Shown here: positions 43,491-58,400 of the stretch, in pieces | Numbering within the stretch: position 1 is the stretch's first letter | Layout of the letters: each line of letters starts with the position of its first letter | Source: Auanema rhodensis | Lineage: Eukaryota; Animalia; Nematoda | Assembly (NCBI GenBank): GCA_964057225.1 | Contig: OZ059895.1 | Location: 10,106,001-10,170,000, forward strand | Reading direction: 5' to 3' | Length of the DNA: 64,000 nucleotides | Made by a program: the position numbers and the translations under genes | Notes under the pieces: model-generated | Database searches by the model: none | Told to the model about the DNA's origin: nothing | Seen by the model: only the letters and a program-made list of their open reading frames with translations

Positions 43491-46400
43491 ATTTGTTACG
43501 GAAGAGTTAAAAGTGAAAATCAGCTGCATGCCGTATTTTCAACGTGTTATAATGTCTTCAATTTTAATTAAATGAATTAAAAAAGGTTTCACAGTTGCAT
43601 AGTGTTTAAACAATGTTTGTTTCGATAGGAAATAGATAGAAACAGTAAAGTTAAGATGAAGGTTCAATAACTACTGGTTTATAACTGTAATATAAAACTA
43701 AGATTGTAGATATTTTGCTCTGCTTTGGTTGAGCTATCCAAGTAAAACTGCTTGAAAATTGAAAAAATTTGTTACAGAAGAGTTAAAATTGAAAATCAGC
43801 TGCATGCCGTATTTTCAACGTAGTATGGTCGTAAGCGAAATTATCTGATATTCAATGGTTAACATACTTATCCTCGTTTTAGATTTTTTTCCAATTTTAT
43901 GTTAGTTATGTAATTTTCCACGTTCCATCTGGAATCCTCGATGATATCAAATTTTATGAGCTCCAAATGCAATAAATTGAAAAGGTTTTACAGTTGTATA
44001 GTGTTTATACAATGTTTGTTTTGATAGGAAATAGATAAAAACAGTAAAGTCAAGACGAAGGTTCATTACCTACTGGTTTATAACTGTAATATAGAAATAA
44101 GATTGAAGATAATTTGCTCTCCTTTGGTTGAGCTATCTTAGTTAAAATGCTTGAAAATTGAAAACATTTGTTACGGAAGAGATAAAATTGAAAATCAGCT
44201 GTATGGCGTACTTTCAACGTAGTATTGTCGTAAGAGAAAATATCTGATATTAAATGGTTAACATACTTATCCTCGTTTTAGTTTTTTTTCCAATTTCATG
44301 TTAGTTATGTAATTTTCCACGTTTCATCAGGATCCCTCGATGATATCAAATCTTATGAGCTCCAAATACAATAAATTGAAAAAGGTTTCACAGTTGCATA
44401 GTGTTTAAACAATTTTTGTTTCGATAGGAAAAAAATAAAAACAATAAAGTCAAGACGAAGGTTCATTACCTTCTGGTTTATAACTGCAATATAGAAATAA
44501 GATTGAAGATAATTTGCTCTCGTTTGGTTGAGCTATCTAAGTTAAAATGCTTGAAAATTGAAAACATTTGTTACGGAAGAGATAAAATTAAAAATCAGCT
44601 GTATGGCGTACTTTCAACGTAGTATGGTCATAAGAGAAAATATCTGATATTCAATGGTTAACATACTTATCCTCGTTATAATTTTTTTCCAATTTTATGT
44701 TAGTTATGTAATTTTCCACGTTTCATCTGGAACCCTCAATGATATCAAATCTTATGAGCTCCAAATACAATAAATTAAAAAAGGTTTCACAGTTGCTTAG
44801 TGTTTAAACAATGTTTGTTTCGATAGGAAATAGATAGAAACAGTAAAGTTAAGATGAAGGTTCAATAACTACTGGTTTAAAACTGTAATATAGAAATAAG
44901 ATTGAAGATAATTTGCTTTCCTTTGGTTGAGCTATCTAAGTAAAACTGCTTGAAAATTGAAAACATTTGTTACGGAAGAGATAAAATTAAAAATCAGCTG
45001 TATGGCGTACTTTCAACAAAGTATGGTCGTAAGAGAAAATATCTGATATTCAATGGTTAACATACTTATCCTCGTTATAGTTTTTTTTCCAATTTTATGT
45101 TAGTTATGTAATTTTCCACGTTCCATCTGGAACCCTCGATGATATCAAATCTTATGAGCTCCAAATACAATAAATTGAGAAAGGTTTCACAGTTGCATAG
45201 TGTTTAAACAATGTTTGTTTCGATAGGAAAAAGATAAAAACAGTAAATTCAAGACGAAGGTTCATTACCTACTCGTTTATAACTGCAATATAGAAATAAG
45301 ATTGAATATAATTTGCTTTCCTTTGGTTGAGCTATCTAAGTAAAACTGCTTGAAAATTGAAAACATTTGTTACGGTAGAGATAAAAATGAAAATCAGCTG
45401 TATGGCGTACTTTCAACGTAGTATGGTCGTAAGAGAAATTATCTGATATTCAATGGTTAACATACTTATCCCCGTTATAGTTTTTTTTCCAATTTCATGT
45501 TAGTTATGTATTTTTCCACGTTCCATCTGGATCCCTCGATGATATCAAATTTTATGAGCTCCAAATATAATAAATTAAAAAAGGTTTCACAGTTGTATAG
45601 TGTTTAAACAATGTTTGTTTCGATAGGAAAAAAATAAAAACAATAAAGTCAAGACGAAGGTTCATTACCTACTGGTTTATAACTGCAATATAGAAATAAG
45701 ATTAAAGATAATTTGCTCTCGTTTGGTTGAGCTATCTAAGTTAAAATGCTTGAAAATTGAAAACATTTGTTACGGAAGAGATAAAATTAAAAATCAGCTG
45801 TATGGCGTACTTTCAACGTAGTATGGTCATAAGAGAAAATATCTGATATTCAATGGTTAACATACTTATCCTCGTTATAATTTTTTTTCCAATTTTATGT
45901 TAGTTATGTAATTTTCCACGTTTAATCTGGAACCCTCGATGATATCAAATCTTATGAGCTCCAAATACAATAAATTGAAAAAGGTTTCACAGTTGCATAG
46001 TGTTTAAACAATGTTGTTTCGATAGGAAATAGATAGAAACAGTAAAGTTAAGATGAAGGTTCAATAACTACTGGTTTAAAACTGTAATATAGAAATAAGA
46101 TTGAAGATAATTTGCTTTCCTTTAATTGAGCTATCTAAGTGAAACTGCTTGAAAATTGAAAACATTTGTTACGGAAGAGATAAATTTGAAAATCAGCTGT
46201 ATGGCGTACTTTCAACGTAGTATGGTCGTAAGAGAAATTATCTGATATTTAATGGTTAACATACTTATCCTCGTTTTGGTTTTTTTTCCAATTTCATGTT
46301 AGTTATGTAATTTTCCACGTTTCATCAGGATCCCTCGATGATATCAAATCTCATGAGCTCCAAATACAGTAAATTGAAAAAGGTTTCACAGTTGCATAGT

Positions 46401-49400
46401 GTTTAAACAATGTTTGTTTCGATAGGAAAAAGATAAAAACAGTAAAGTCAAGACGAAGGTTCATTACCTACTCGTTTATAACTGCAATATAGAAATAAGA
46501 TTGAAGATAATTTGCTCTCGTTTGGTTGAGCTATCTAAGTTAAAATGCTTGAAAATTGAAAACATTTGTTACGGTAGAGATAAAAATGAAAATCAGCTGT
46601 ATGGCGTACTTTCAACGTAGTATGGTCGTAAGAGAAATTATCTGATATTCAATGGTTAACATACTTATCCCCGTTATAGTTTTTTTTCCAATTTCATGTT
46701 AGTTATGTATTTTTCCACGTTCCATCTGGATCCCTCGATGATATCAAATTTTATGAGCTCCAAATATAATAAATTAAAAAAGGTTTCACAGTTGTATAGT
46801 GTTTAAACAATGTTTGTTTCGATAGGAAATAGATAGAAACAGTAAAGTTAAGATGAAGGATCAATAACTACTGGTTAATAACTGTAATATAGAAATAAGA
46901 TTGAAGATAATTTGCTTTCCTTTGGTTGAGCTATCTAAGTAAAACTGCTTGAAAATTGAAAACACTTGTTACGGAAGCGATAAAATTGAAATTCAGCTGT
47001 ATGGCGTACTTTCAACGTAGTATGGTCATAAGAGAAAATATCTGATATTCAATGGTTAACATACTTATCCTAGTTATAGTTTTTTTTCCAATTTTATGTT
47101 AGTTATGTAATTTTCCACGTTCCATATGGAACCCTCGATGATATCAAATTTTATGAGCTCCAAATGCAATAAATTAAGAAGGTTTCACAGTTGCATAGTG
47201 TTTAAACAATGTTTGTTTCGATAGGAAATAGATAGAAACAGTAAAGTTAAGATGAAGGTTCAATAAGTACTGGTTTATAACTGTAACATAGAAATAAGAT
47301 TGAAGATAATTTGCTTTCCTTTGGTTGAGCTATCTAAGTAAAACTGCTTGAAAATTGGAAACATTTGTTACGGAAAAGATAAAATTGAAATTCAGCTGTA
47401 TGGCGTACTTTCAACGTAGTATGGTCGTAAGAGAAAATATCTGATATTCAATGGTTAACATACTTATCCTCGTTTTAGTTTTTTTTCCAATTTCATGTTA
47501 GTTATGTAATTTTCCACGTTCCATCAGGATCCCTCGATGATATCAAATCTTATGAGCTCCAAATACAATAAATTAAAAAAGGTTTCACAGTTGCATAGTG
47601 TTTAAACAATGTTTGTTTCGATAGGAAAAAGATAAAAACAGTAAAGTCAAGACGAAGGTTCATTACCTACTCGTTTATAACTGCAATATAGAAATAAGAT
47701 TGAATATAATTTGCTTTCTTTTGGTTGAGCTATCTAAGTAAAACTGCTTGAAAATTGAAAACATTTGTTACGGAAGAGATAAATTTGAAAATCAGCTGTA
47801 TGGCGTACTTTCAACGTAGTATTGTCGTAAGAGAAAATATCTGATATTCAATGGTTAACATACTTATCCTCGTTTTAGTTTTTTTTCCAATTCCATGTTA
47901 GTTATGTAATTTTCCACGTTCCATATGGAACCCTCGATGATATCAAATTTTATGAGCTCCAAATGCAATAAATTAAGAAGGTTTCACAGTTGCATAGTGT
48001 TTAAACAATGTTTGTTTCGATAGGAAATAGATAGAAACAGTAAAGTTAAGATGAAGGTTCAATAAGTACTGGTTTATAACTGTAACATAGAAATAAGATT
48101 GAAGATAATTTGCTTTCCTTTGGTTGAGCTATCTAAGTAAAACTGCTTGAAAATTGGAAACATTTGTTACGGAAAAGATAAAATTGAAATTCAGCTGTAT
48201 GGCGTACTTTCAACGTAGTATGGTCGTAAGAGAAAATATCTGATATTCAATGGTTAACATACTTATCCTCGTTTTAGTTTTTTTTCCAATTTCATGTTAG
48301 TTATGTAATTTTCCACGTTCCATCAGGATCCCTCGATGATATCAAATCTTATGAGCTCCAAATACAATAAATTAAAAAAGGTTTCACAGTTGCATAGTGT
48401 TTAAACAATGTTTGTTTCGATAGGAAAAAGATAAAAACAGTAAAGTCAAGACGAAGGTTCATTACCTACTCGTTTATAACTGCAATATAGAAATAAGATT
48501 GAATATAATTTGCTTTCTTTTGGTTGAGCTATCTAAGTAAAACTGCTTGAAAATTGAAAACATTTGTTACGGAAGAGATAAATTTGAAAATCAGCTGTAT
48601 GGCGTACTTTCAACGTAGTATTGTCGTAAGAGAAAATATCTGATATTCAATGGTTAACATACTTATCCTCGTTTTAGTTTTTTTTCCAATTCCATGTTAG
48701 TTATGTAATTTTCCACGTTTCATCAGGATCCCTCGTTGATATCAAATCTTATGAGCTCCAAATACAATAAATTGAAAAAGGTTTCACAGTTGCATAGTGT
48801 TTGAACAATGTTTGTTTCGATAGGAAAAAAATAAAAACAATGAAGTCAAGACAAAGGTTCATTACCCACTGGTTTATAACTGCAATATAGAAATAAGATT
48901 GAAGATAATTTGCTCTCGTTTGGTTCAGCTATCTAAGTTAAAATGCTTGAAAATTGAAAACATTTGTTACGGAAGAGATAAAATCAAAAATCAGCTGTAT
49001 GGCGTACTTTCAACAAAGTATGGTCGTAAGAGAAAATATCTGATATTCAATGGTTAACATACTTATTCTCGTTATAGTTTTTTTTCCAATTTTATGTTAG
49101 TTATGTAATTTTTCACGTTCCATCTGGAACCCTCGATGATATCAAATCTTATGAGCTCCAAATACAATAAATTGAGAAAGGTTTCACAGTTGCATAGTGT
49201 TTAAACAATGTTTGTTTCGATAGGAAAAAGATAAAAACAGTAAATTCAAGACGAAGGTTCATTACCTACTCGTTTATAACTGCAATATAGAAATAAGATT
49301 GAATATAATTTGCTTTCCTTTGGTTGAGCTATCTAAGTAAAACTGCTTGAAAATTGAAAACATTTGTTACGGTAGAGATAAAAATGAAAATCAGCTGTAT

Positions 49401-52400
49401 GGCGTACTTTCAACGTAGTATGGTCGTAAGAGAAATTATCTGATATTCAATAGTTAACATACTTATCCCCGTTATAGTTTTTTTTCCAATTTCATGTTAG
49501 TTATGTATTTTTCCACGTTCCATCTGGATCCCTCGATGATATCAAATTTTATGAGCTCCAAATATAATAAATTAAAAAAGGTTTCACAGTTGTATAGTGT
49601 TTAAACAATGTTTGTTTCGATAGGAAATAGATAGAAACAGTAAAGTTAAGATGAAGGATCAATAACTACTGGTTAATAACTGTAATATAGAAATAAGATT
49701 GAAGATAATTTGCTTTCCTTTGGTTGAGCTGTCTAAGTAAAACTGCTTGAAAATTGAAAACATTTGTTACGGAACAGATAAAAATGAAAATCAGCTGTAT
49801 GGCGTACTTTCAACGTAGTATGGTCGTAAGAGAAATTATCTGATATTTAATGGTTAACATACTTATCCCCGTTATAGTTTTTTTTCCAATTTCATGTTAG
49901 TTATGTATTTTTTCACGTTCCATCTGGATCCCTCGATGATATCAAATTTTATGAGCTCCAAATATAAGAAATTAAAAAAGGTTTCACAGTTGTATAGTGT
50001 TTAAACAATGTTTGTTTTGATAGGAAATAGATAGAAACAGTAAAGTCAAGACGAAGGTTCATTACCTAATGGTTTATAACTGTAATATAGAAATAAGATT
50101 AAAGATAATTTGCTTTCCTTTGGTTGAGCTATCTAAGTAAAACTGCTTGAAAATTGAAAACATTTGTTACGGAAGAGATAAATTTGAAAATCAGCTGTAT
50201 GGCGTACTTTCAACGTAGTATTGTCGTAAGAGAAAATATCTGATATTCAATGGTTAACATACTTATCCTCGTTTTAGTTTTTTTTCCAATTCCATGTTAG
50301 TTATGTAATTTTCCACGTTTCATCAGGATCCCTCGTTGATATCAAATCATATGAGCTCCAAGTACAATAAATTGAAAAAGGTTTCACAGTTGCATAGTGT
50401 TTGAACAATGTTTGTTTCGATAGGAAAAAAATAAAAACAATGAAGTCAAGACAAAGGTTCATTACCCACTGGTTTATAACTGCAATATAGAAATAAGATT
50501 GAAGATAATTTGCTCTCGTTTGGTTCAGTTATCTAAGTTAAAATGCTTGAAAATTGAAAACATTTGTTACGGAAGAGATAAAATCAGAAATCAGCTGTAT
50601 GGCGTACTTTCAACAAAGTATGGTCGTAAGAGAAAATATCTGATATTCAATGGTTAACATACTTATCCTCGTTATAGTTTTTTTTCCAATTTTATGTTAG
50701 TTATGTAATTTTCCACGTTCCATCTGGATCCCTCGATGATATCAAATCTCATGAGCTCCAAATACAGTAAATTGAAAAAGGTTTCACAGTTGCATAGTGT
50801 TTAAACAATGTTTGTTTCGATAGGAAAAAGATAAAAACAGTAAAGTCAAGACGAAGGTTCATTACCTACTCGTTTATAACTGCAATATAGAAATAAGATT
50901 GAAGATAATTTGCTCTCGTTTGGTTGAGCTATCTAAGTGAAACTGCTTGAAAATTGAAAACATTTGTTACGGAAGAGATAAATTTGAAAATCAGCTGTAT
51001 GGCGTACTTTCAACGTAGTATGGTCGTAAGAGAAAATATCTGATATTCAATGGTTAACATACTTATCCTCGTTATAGTTTTTTTTCCAATTTTATGTTAG
51101 TTATGTAATTTTCCACGTTCCATCTGGATCCCTCGATGATATCAAATCTCATGAGCTCCAAATACAGTAAATTGAAAAAGGTTTCACAGTTGCATAGTGT
51201 TTAAACAATGTTTGTTTCGATAGGAAAAAGATAAAAACAGTAAAGTCAAGACGAAGGTTCATTACCTACTCGTTTATAACTGCAATATAGAAATAAGATT
51301 GAAGATAATTTGCTCTCGTTTGGTTGAGCTATCTAAGTGAAACTGCTTGAAAATTGAAAACATTTGTTACGGAAGAGATAAATTTGAAAATCAGCTGTAT
51401 GGCGTACTTTCAACGTAGTATGGTCGTAAGAGAAATTATCTGATATTTAATGGTTAACATACTTATCCTCGTTTTGGTTTTTTTTCCAATTTCATGTTAG
51501 TTATGTAATTTTCCACGTTTCATCAGGATCCCTCGATGATATCAAATCTCATGAGCTCCAAATACAGTAAATTGAAAAAGGTTTCACAGTTGCATAGTGT
51601 TTAAACAATGTTTGTTTCGATAGGAAAAAGATAAAAACAGTAAAGTCAAGACGAAGGTTCATTACCTACTCGTTTATAACTGCAATATAGAAATAAGATT
51701 GAAGATAATTTGCTCTCGTTTGGTTGAGCTATCTAAGTTAAAATGCTTGAAAATTGAAAACATTTGTTACGGTAGAGATAAAAATGAAAATCAGCTGTAT
51801 GGCGTACTTTCAACGTAGTATGGTCGTAAGAGAAATTATCTGATATTCAATGGTTAACATACTTATCCCCGTTATAGTTTTTTTTCCAATTTCATGTTAG
51901 TTATGTATTTTTCCACGTTCCATCTAGATCCCTCGATGATATCAAATTTTATGAGCTCCAAATATAATAAATTAAAAAAGGTTTCACAGTTGTATAGTGT
52001 TTAAACAATGTTTGTTTCGATAGGAAAAAAATAAAAACAATAAAGTCAAGACGAAGGTTCATTACCTACTGGTTTATAACTGCAATATAGAAATAAGATT
52101 AAAGATAATTTGCTCTCGTTTGGTTGAGCTATCTAAGTTAAAATGCTTGAAAATTGAAAACATTTGTTACGGTAGAGATAAAAATGAAAATCAGCTGTAT
52201 GGCGTACTTTCAACGTAGTATGGTCATAAGAGAAAATATCTGATATTCAATGGTTAACATACTTATCCTCGTTATAATTTTTTTTCCAATTTTATGTTAG
52301 TTATGTAATTTTCCACGTTTAATCTGGAACCCTCGATGATATCAAATCTTATGAGCTCCAAATACAATAAATTGAAAAAGGTTTCACAGTTGCATAGTGT

Positions 52401-55400
52401 TTGAACAATGTTTGTTTCGATAGGAAAAAAATAAAAACAATGAAGTCAAGACAAAGGTTCATTACCCACTGGTTTATAACTGCAATATAGAAATAAGATT
52501 GAAGATAATTTGCTCTCGTTTGGTTCAGCTATCTAAGTTAAAATGCTTGAAAATTGAAAACATTTGTTACGGAAGAGATAAAATCAAAAATCAGCTGTAT
52601 GGCGTACTTTCAACAAAGTATGGTCGTAAGAGAAAATATCTGATATTCAATGGTTAACATACTTATTCTCGTTATAGTTTTTTTTCCAATTTTATGTTAG
52701 TTATGTAATTTTTCACGTTCCATCTGGAACCCTCGATGATATCAAATCTTATGAGCTCCAAATACAATAAATTGAGAAAGGTTTCACAGTTGCATAGTGT
52801 TTAAACAATGTTTGTTTCGATAGGAAAAAGATAAAAACAGTAAATTCAAGACGAAGGTTCATTACCTACTCGTTTATAACTGCAATATAGAAATAAGATT
52901 GAAAATAATTTGCTTTCCTTTGGTTGAGCTATCTAAGTAAAACTGCTTGAAAATTGAAAACATTTGTTACGGTAGAGATAAAAATGAAAATCAGCTGTAT
53001 GGCGTACTTTCAACGTAGTATGGTCGTAAGAGAAATTATCTGATATTCAATGGTTAACATACTTATCCCCGTTATAGTTTTTTTTCCAATTTCATGTTAG
53101 TTATGTATTTTTCCACGTTCCATCTGGATCCCTCGATGATATCAAATTTTATGAGCTCCAAATATAATAAATTAAAAAAGGTTTCACAGTTGTATAGTGT
53201 TTAAACAATGTTTGTTTCGATAGGAAATAGATAGAAACAGTAAAGTTAAGATGAAGGATCAATAACTACTGGTTAATAACTGTAATATAGAAATAAGATT
53301 GAAGATAATTTGCTTTCCTTTGGTTGAGCTGTCTAAGTAAAACTGCTTGAAAATTGAAAACATTTGTTACGGAACAGATAAAAATGAAAATCAGCTGTAT
53401 GGCGTACTTTCAACGTAGTATGGTCGTAAGAGAAATTATCTGATATTTAATGGTTAACATACTTATCCCCGTTATAGTTTTTTTTCCAATTTCATGTTAG
53501 TTATGTATTTTTTCACGTTCCATCTGGATCCCTCGATGATATCAAATTTTATGAGCTCCAAATATAAGAAATTAAAAAAGGTTTCACAGTTGTATAGTGT
53601 TTAAACAATGTTTGTTTTGATAGGAAATAGATAGAAACAGTAAAGTCAAGACGAAGGTTCATTACCTAATGGTTTATAACTGTAATATAGAAATAAGATT
53701 AAAGATAATTTGCTTTCCTTTGGTTGAGCTATCTAAGTAAAACTGCTTGAAAATTGAAAACATTTGTTACGGAAGAGATAAATTTGAAAATCAGCTGTAT
53801 GGCGTACTTTCAACGTAGTATTGTCGTAAGAGAAAATATCTGATATTCAATGGTTAACATACTTATCCTCGTTTTAGTTTTTTTTCCAATTCCATGTTAG
53901 TTATGTAATTTTCCACGTTTCATCAGGATCCCTCGTTGATATCAAATCATATGAGCTCCAAGTACAATAAATTGAAAAAGGTTTCACAGTTGCATAGTGT
54001 TTGAACAATGTTTGTTTCGATAGGAAAAAAATAAAAACAATGAAGTCAAGACAAAGGTTCATTACCCACTGGTTTATAACTGCAATATAGAAATAAGATT
54101 GAAGATAATTTGCTCTCGTTTGGTTCAGCTATCTAAGTTAAAATGCTTGAAAATTGAAAACATTTGTTACGGAAGAGATAAAATCAAAAATCAGCTGTAT
54201 GGCGTACTTTCAACAAAGTATGGTCGTAAGAGAAAATATCTGATATTCAATGGTTAACATACTTATCCTCGTTATAGTTTTTTTTCCAATTTTATGTTAG
54301 TTATGTAATTTTCCACGTTCCATCTGGATCCCTCGATGATATCAAATCTCATGAGCTCCAAATACAGTAAATTGAAAAAGGTTTCACAGTTGCATAGTGT
54401 TTAAACAATGTTTGTTTCGATAGGAAAAAGATAAAAACAGTAAAGTCAAGACGAAGGTTCATTACCTACTCGTTTATAACTGCAATATAGAAATAAGATT
54501 GAAGATAATTTGCTCTCGTTTGGTTGAGCTATCTAAGTGAAACTGCTTGAAAATTGAAAACATTTGTTACGGAAGAGATAAATTTGAAAATCAGCTGTAT
54601 GGCGTACTTTCAACGTAGTATGGTCGTAAGAGAAATTATCTGATATTTAATGGTTAACATACTTATCCTCGTTTTGGTTTTTTTTCCAATTTCATGTTAG
54701 TTATGTAATTTTCCACGTTTCATCAGGATCCCTCGATGATATCAAATCTCATGAGCTCCAAATACAGTAAATTGAAAAAGGTTTCACAGTTGCATAGTGT
54801 TTAAACAATGTTTGTTTCGATAGGAAAAAGATAAAAACAGTAAAGTCAAGACGAAGGTTCATTACCTACTCGTTTATAACTGCAATATAGAAATAAGATT
54901 GAAGATAATTTGCTCTCGTTTGGTTGAGCTATCTAAGTTAAAATGCTTGAAAATTGAAAACATTTGTTACGGTAGAGATAAAAATGAAAATCAGCTGTAT
55001 GGCGTACTTTCAACGTAGTATGGTCGTAAGAGAAATTATCTGATATTCAATGGTTAACATACTTATCCCCGTTATAGTTTTTTTTCCAATTTCATGTTAG
55101 TTATGTATTTTTCCACGTTCCATCTGGATCCCTCGATGATATCAAATTTTATGAGCTCCAAATATAATAAATTAAAAAAGGTTTCACAGTTGCATAGTGT
55201 TTAAACAATGTTTGTTTCGATAGGAAATAGATAGAAACAGTAAAGTTAAGATGAAGGTTTATTACCTACTCGTTTATAACTGCAATATAGAAATAAGATT
55301 GAATATAATTTGCTTTCCTTTGGTTGAGCTATCTAAGTAAAACTGCTTGAAAATTGAAAACATTTGTTACGGTAGAGATAAAAATGAAAATCAGCTGTAT

Positions 55401-58400
55401 GGCGTACTTTCAACGTAGTATGGTCGTAAGAGAAATTATCTGATATTCAATGGTTAACATACTTATCCCCGTTATAGTTTTTTTTCCAATTTCATGTTAG
55501 TTATGTATTTTTCCACGTTCCATCTGGATCCCTCGATGATATCAAATTTTATGAGCTCCAAATATAATAAATTAAAAAAGGTTTCACAGTTGTATAGTGT
55601 TTAAACAATGTTTGTTTCGATAGGAAATAGATAGAAACAGTAAAGTTAAGATGAAGGATCAATAACTACTGGTTAATAACTGTAATATAGAAATAAGATT
55701 GAAGATAATTTGCTTTCCTTTGGTTGAGCTGTCTAAGTAAAACTGCTTGAAAATTGAAAACATTTGTTACGGAACAGATAAAAATGAAAATCAGCTGTAT
55801 GGCGTACTTTCAACGTAGTATGGTCGTAAGAGAAATTATCTGATATTTAATGGTTAACATACTTATCCCCGTTATAGTTTTTTTTCCAATTTCATGTTAG
55901 TTATGTATTTTTTCACGTTCCATCTGGATCCCTCGATGATATCAAATTTTATGAGCTCCAAATATAAGAAATTAAAAAAGGTTTCACAGTTGTATAGTGT
56001 TTAAACAATGTTTGTTTTGATAGGAAATAGATAGAAACAGTAAAGTCAAGACGAAGGTTCATTACCTAATGGTTTATAACTGTAATATAGAAATAAGATT
56101 AAAGATAATTTGCTTTCCTTTGGTTGAGCTATCTAAGTAAAACTGCTTGAAAATTGAAAACATTTGTTACGGAAGAGATAAATTTGAAAATCAGCTGTAT
56201 GGCGTACTTTCAACGTAGTATTGTCGTAAGAGAAAATATCTGATATTCAATGGTTAACATACTTATCCTCGTTTTAGTTTTTTTTCCAATTCCATGTTAG
56301 TTATGTAATTTTCCACGTTTCATCAGGATCCCTCGTTGATATCAAATCATATGAGCTCCAAGTACAATAAATTGAAAAAGGTTTCACAGTTGCATAGTGT
56401 TTGAACAATGTTTGTTTCGATAGGAAAAAAATAAAAACAATGAAGTCAAGACAAAGGTTCATTACCCACTGGTTTATAACTGCAATATAGAAATAAGATT
56501 GAAGATAATTTGCTCTCGTTTGGTTCAGCTATCTAAGTTAAAATGCTTGAAAATTGAAAACATTTGTTACGGAAGAGATAAAATCAAAAATCAGCTGTAT
56601 GGCGTACTTTCAACAAAGTATGGTCGTAAGAGAAAATATCTGATATTCAATGGTTAACATACTTATCCTCGTTATAGTTTTTTTTCCAATTTTATGTTAG
56701 TTATGTAATTTTCCACGTTCCATCTGGATCCCTCGATGATATCAAATCTCATGAGCTCCAAATACAGTAAATTGAAAAAGGTTTCACAGTTGCATAGTGT
56801 TTAAACAATGTTTGTTTCGATAGGAAAAAGATAAAAACAGTAAAGTCAAGACGAAGGTTCATTACCTACTCGTTTATAACTGCAATATAGAAATAAGATT
56901 GAAGATAATTTGCTCTCGTTTGGTTGAGCTATCTAAGTGAAACTGCTTGAAAATTGAAAACATTTGTTACGGAAGAGATAAATTTGAAAATCAGCTGTAT
57001 GGCGTACTTTCAACGTAGTATGGTCGTAAGAGAAATTATCTGATATTTAATGGTTAACATACTTATCCTCGTTTTGGTTTTTTTTCCAATTTCATGTTAG
57101 TTATGTAATTTTCCACGTTTCATCAGGATCCCTCGATGATATCAAATCTCATGAGCTCCAAATACAGTAAATTGAAAAAGGTTTCACAGTTGCATAGTGT
57201 TTAAACAATGTTTGTTTCGATAGGAAAAAGATAAAAACAGTAAAGTCAAGACGAAGGTTCATTACCTACTCGTTTATAACTGCAATATAGAAATAAGATT
57301 GAAGATAATTTGCTCTCGTTTGGTTGAGCTATCTAAGTTAAAATGCTTGAAAATTGAAAACATTTGTTACGGTAGAGATAAAAATGAAAATCAGCTGTAT
57401 GGCGTACTTTCAACGTAGTATGGTCGTAAGAGAAATTATCTGATATTCAATGGTTAACATACTTATCCCCGTTATAGTTTTTTTTCCAATTTCATGTTAG
57501 TTATGTATTTTTCCACGTTCCATCTGGATCCCTCGATGATATCAAATTTTATGAGCTCCAAATATAATAAATTAAAAAAGGTTTCACAGTTGTATAGTGT
57601 TTAAACAATGTTTGTTTCGATAGGAAAAAAATAAAAACAATAAAGTCAAGACGAAGGTTCATTACCTACTGGTTTATAACTGCAATATAGAAATAAGATT
57701 AAAGATAATTTGCTCTCGTTTGGTTGAGCTATCTAAGTTAAAATGCTTGAAAATTGAAAACATTTGTTACGGTAGAGATAAAAATGAAAATCAGCTGTAT
57801 GGCGTACTTTCAACGTAGTATGGTCATAAGAGAAAATATCTGATATTCAATGGTTAACATACTTATCCTCGTTATAATTTTTTTTCCAATTTTATGTTAG
57901 TTATGTAATTTTCCACGTTTAATCTGGAACCCTCGATGATATCAAATCTTATGAGCTCCAAATACAATAAATTGAAAAAGGTTTCACAGTTGCATAGTGT
58001 TTAAACAATGTTGTTTCGATAGGAAATAGATAGAAACAGTAAAGTTAAGATGAAGGTTCAATAACTACTGGTTTAAAACTGTAATATAGAAATAAGATTG
58101 AAGATAATTTGCTTTCCTTTAATTGAGCTATCTAAGTGAAACTGCTTGAAAATTGAAAACATTTGTTACGGAAGAGATAAATTTGAAAATCAGCTGTATG
58201 GCGTACTTTCAACGTAGTATGGTCGTAAGAGAAATTATCTGATATTTAATGGTTAACATACTTATCCTCGTTTTGGTTTTTTTTCCAATTTCATGTTAGT
58301 TATGTAATTTTCCACGTTTCATCAGGATCCCTCGATGATATCAAATCTCATGAGCTCCAAATACAGTAAATTGAAAAAGGTTTCACAGTTGCATAGTGTT

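Larger units (their letters stand above)
36722..43897. repeat. Large inverted duplication: arms ~36722-39735 and 40884-43897, 1.15-kb spacer
   Basis: Mirror coordinates sum to 80619 (38283/42336, 37977/42642, 37364/43255). Only scattered mismatches between arms. Confidence 0.93.
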
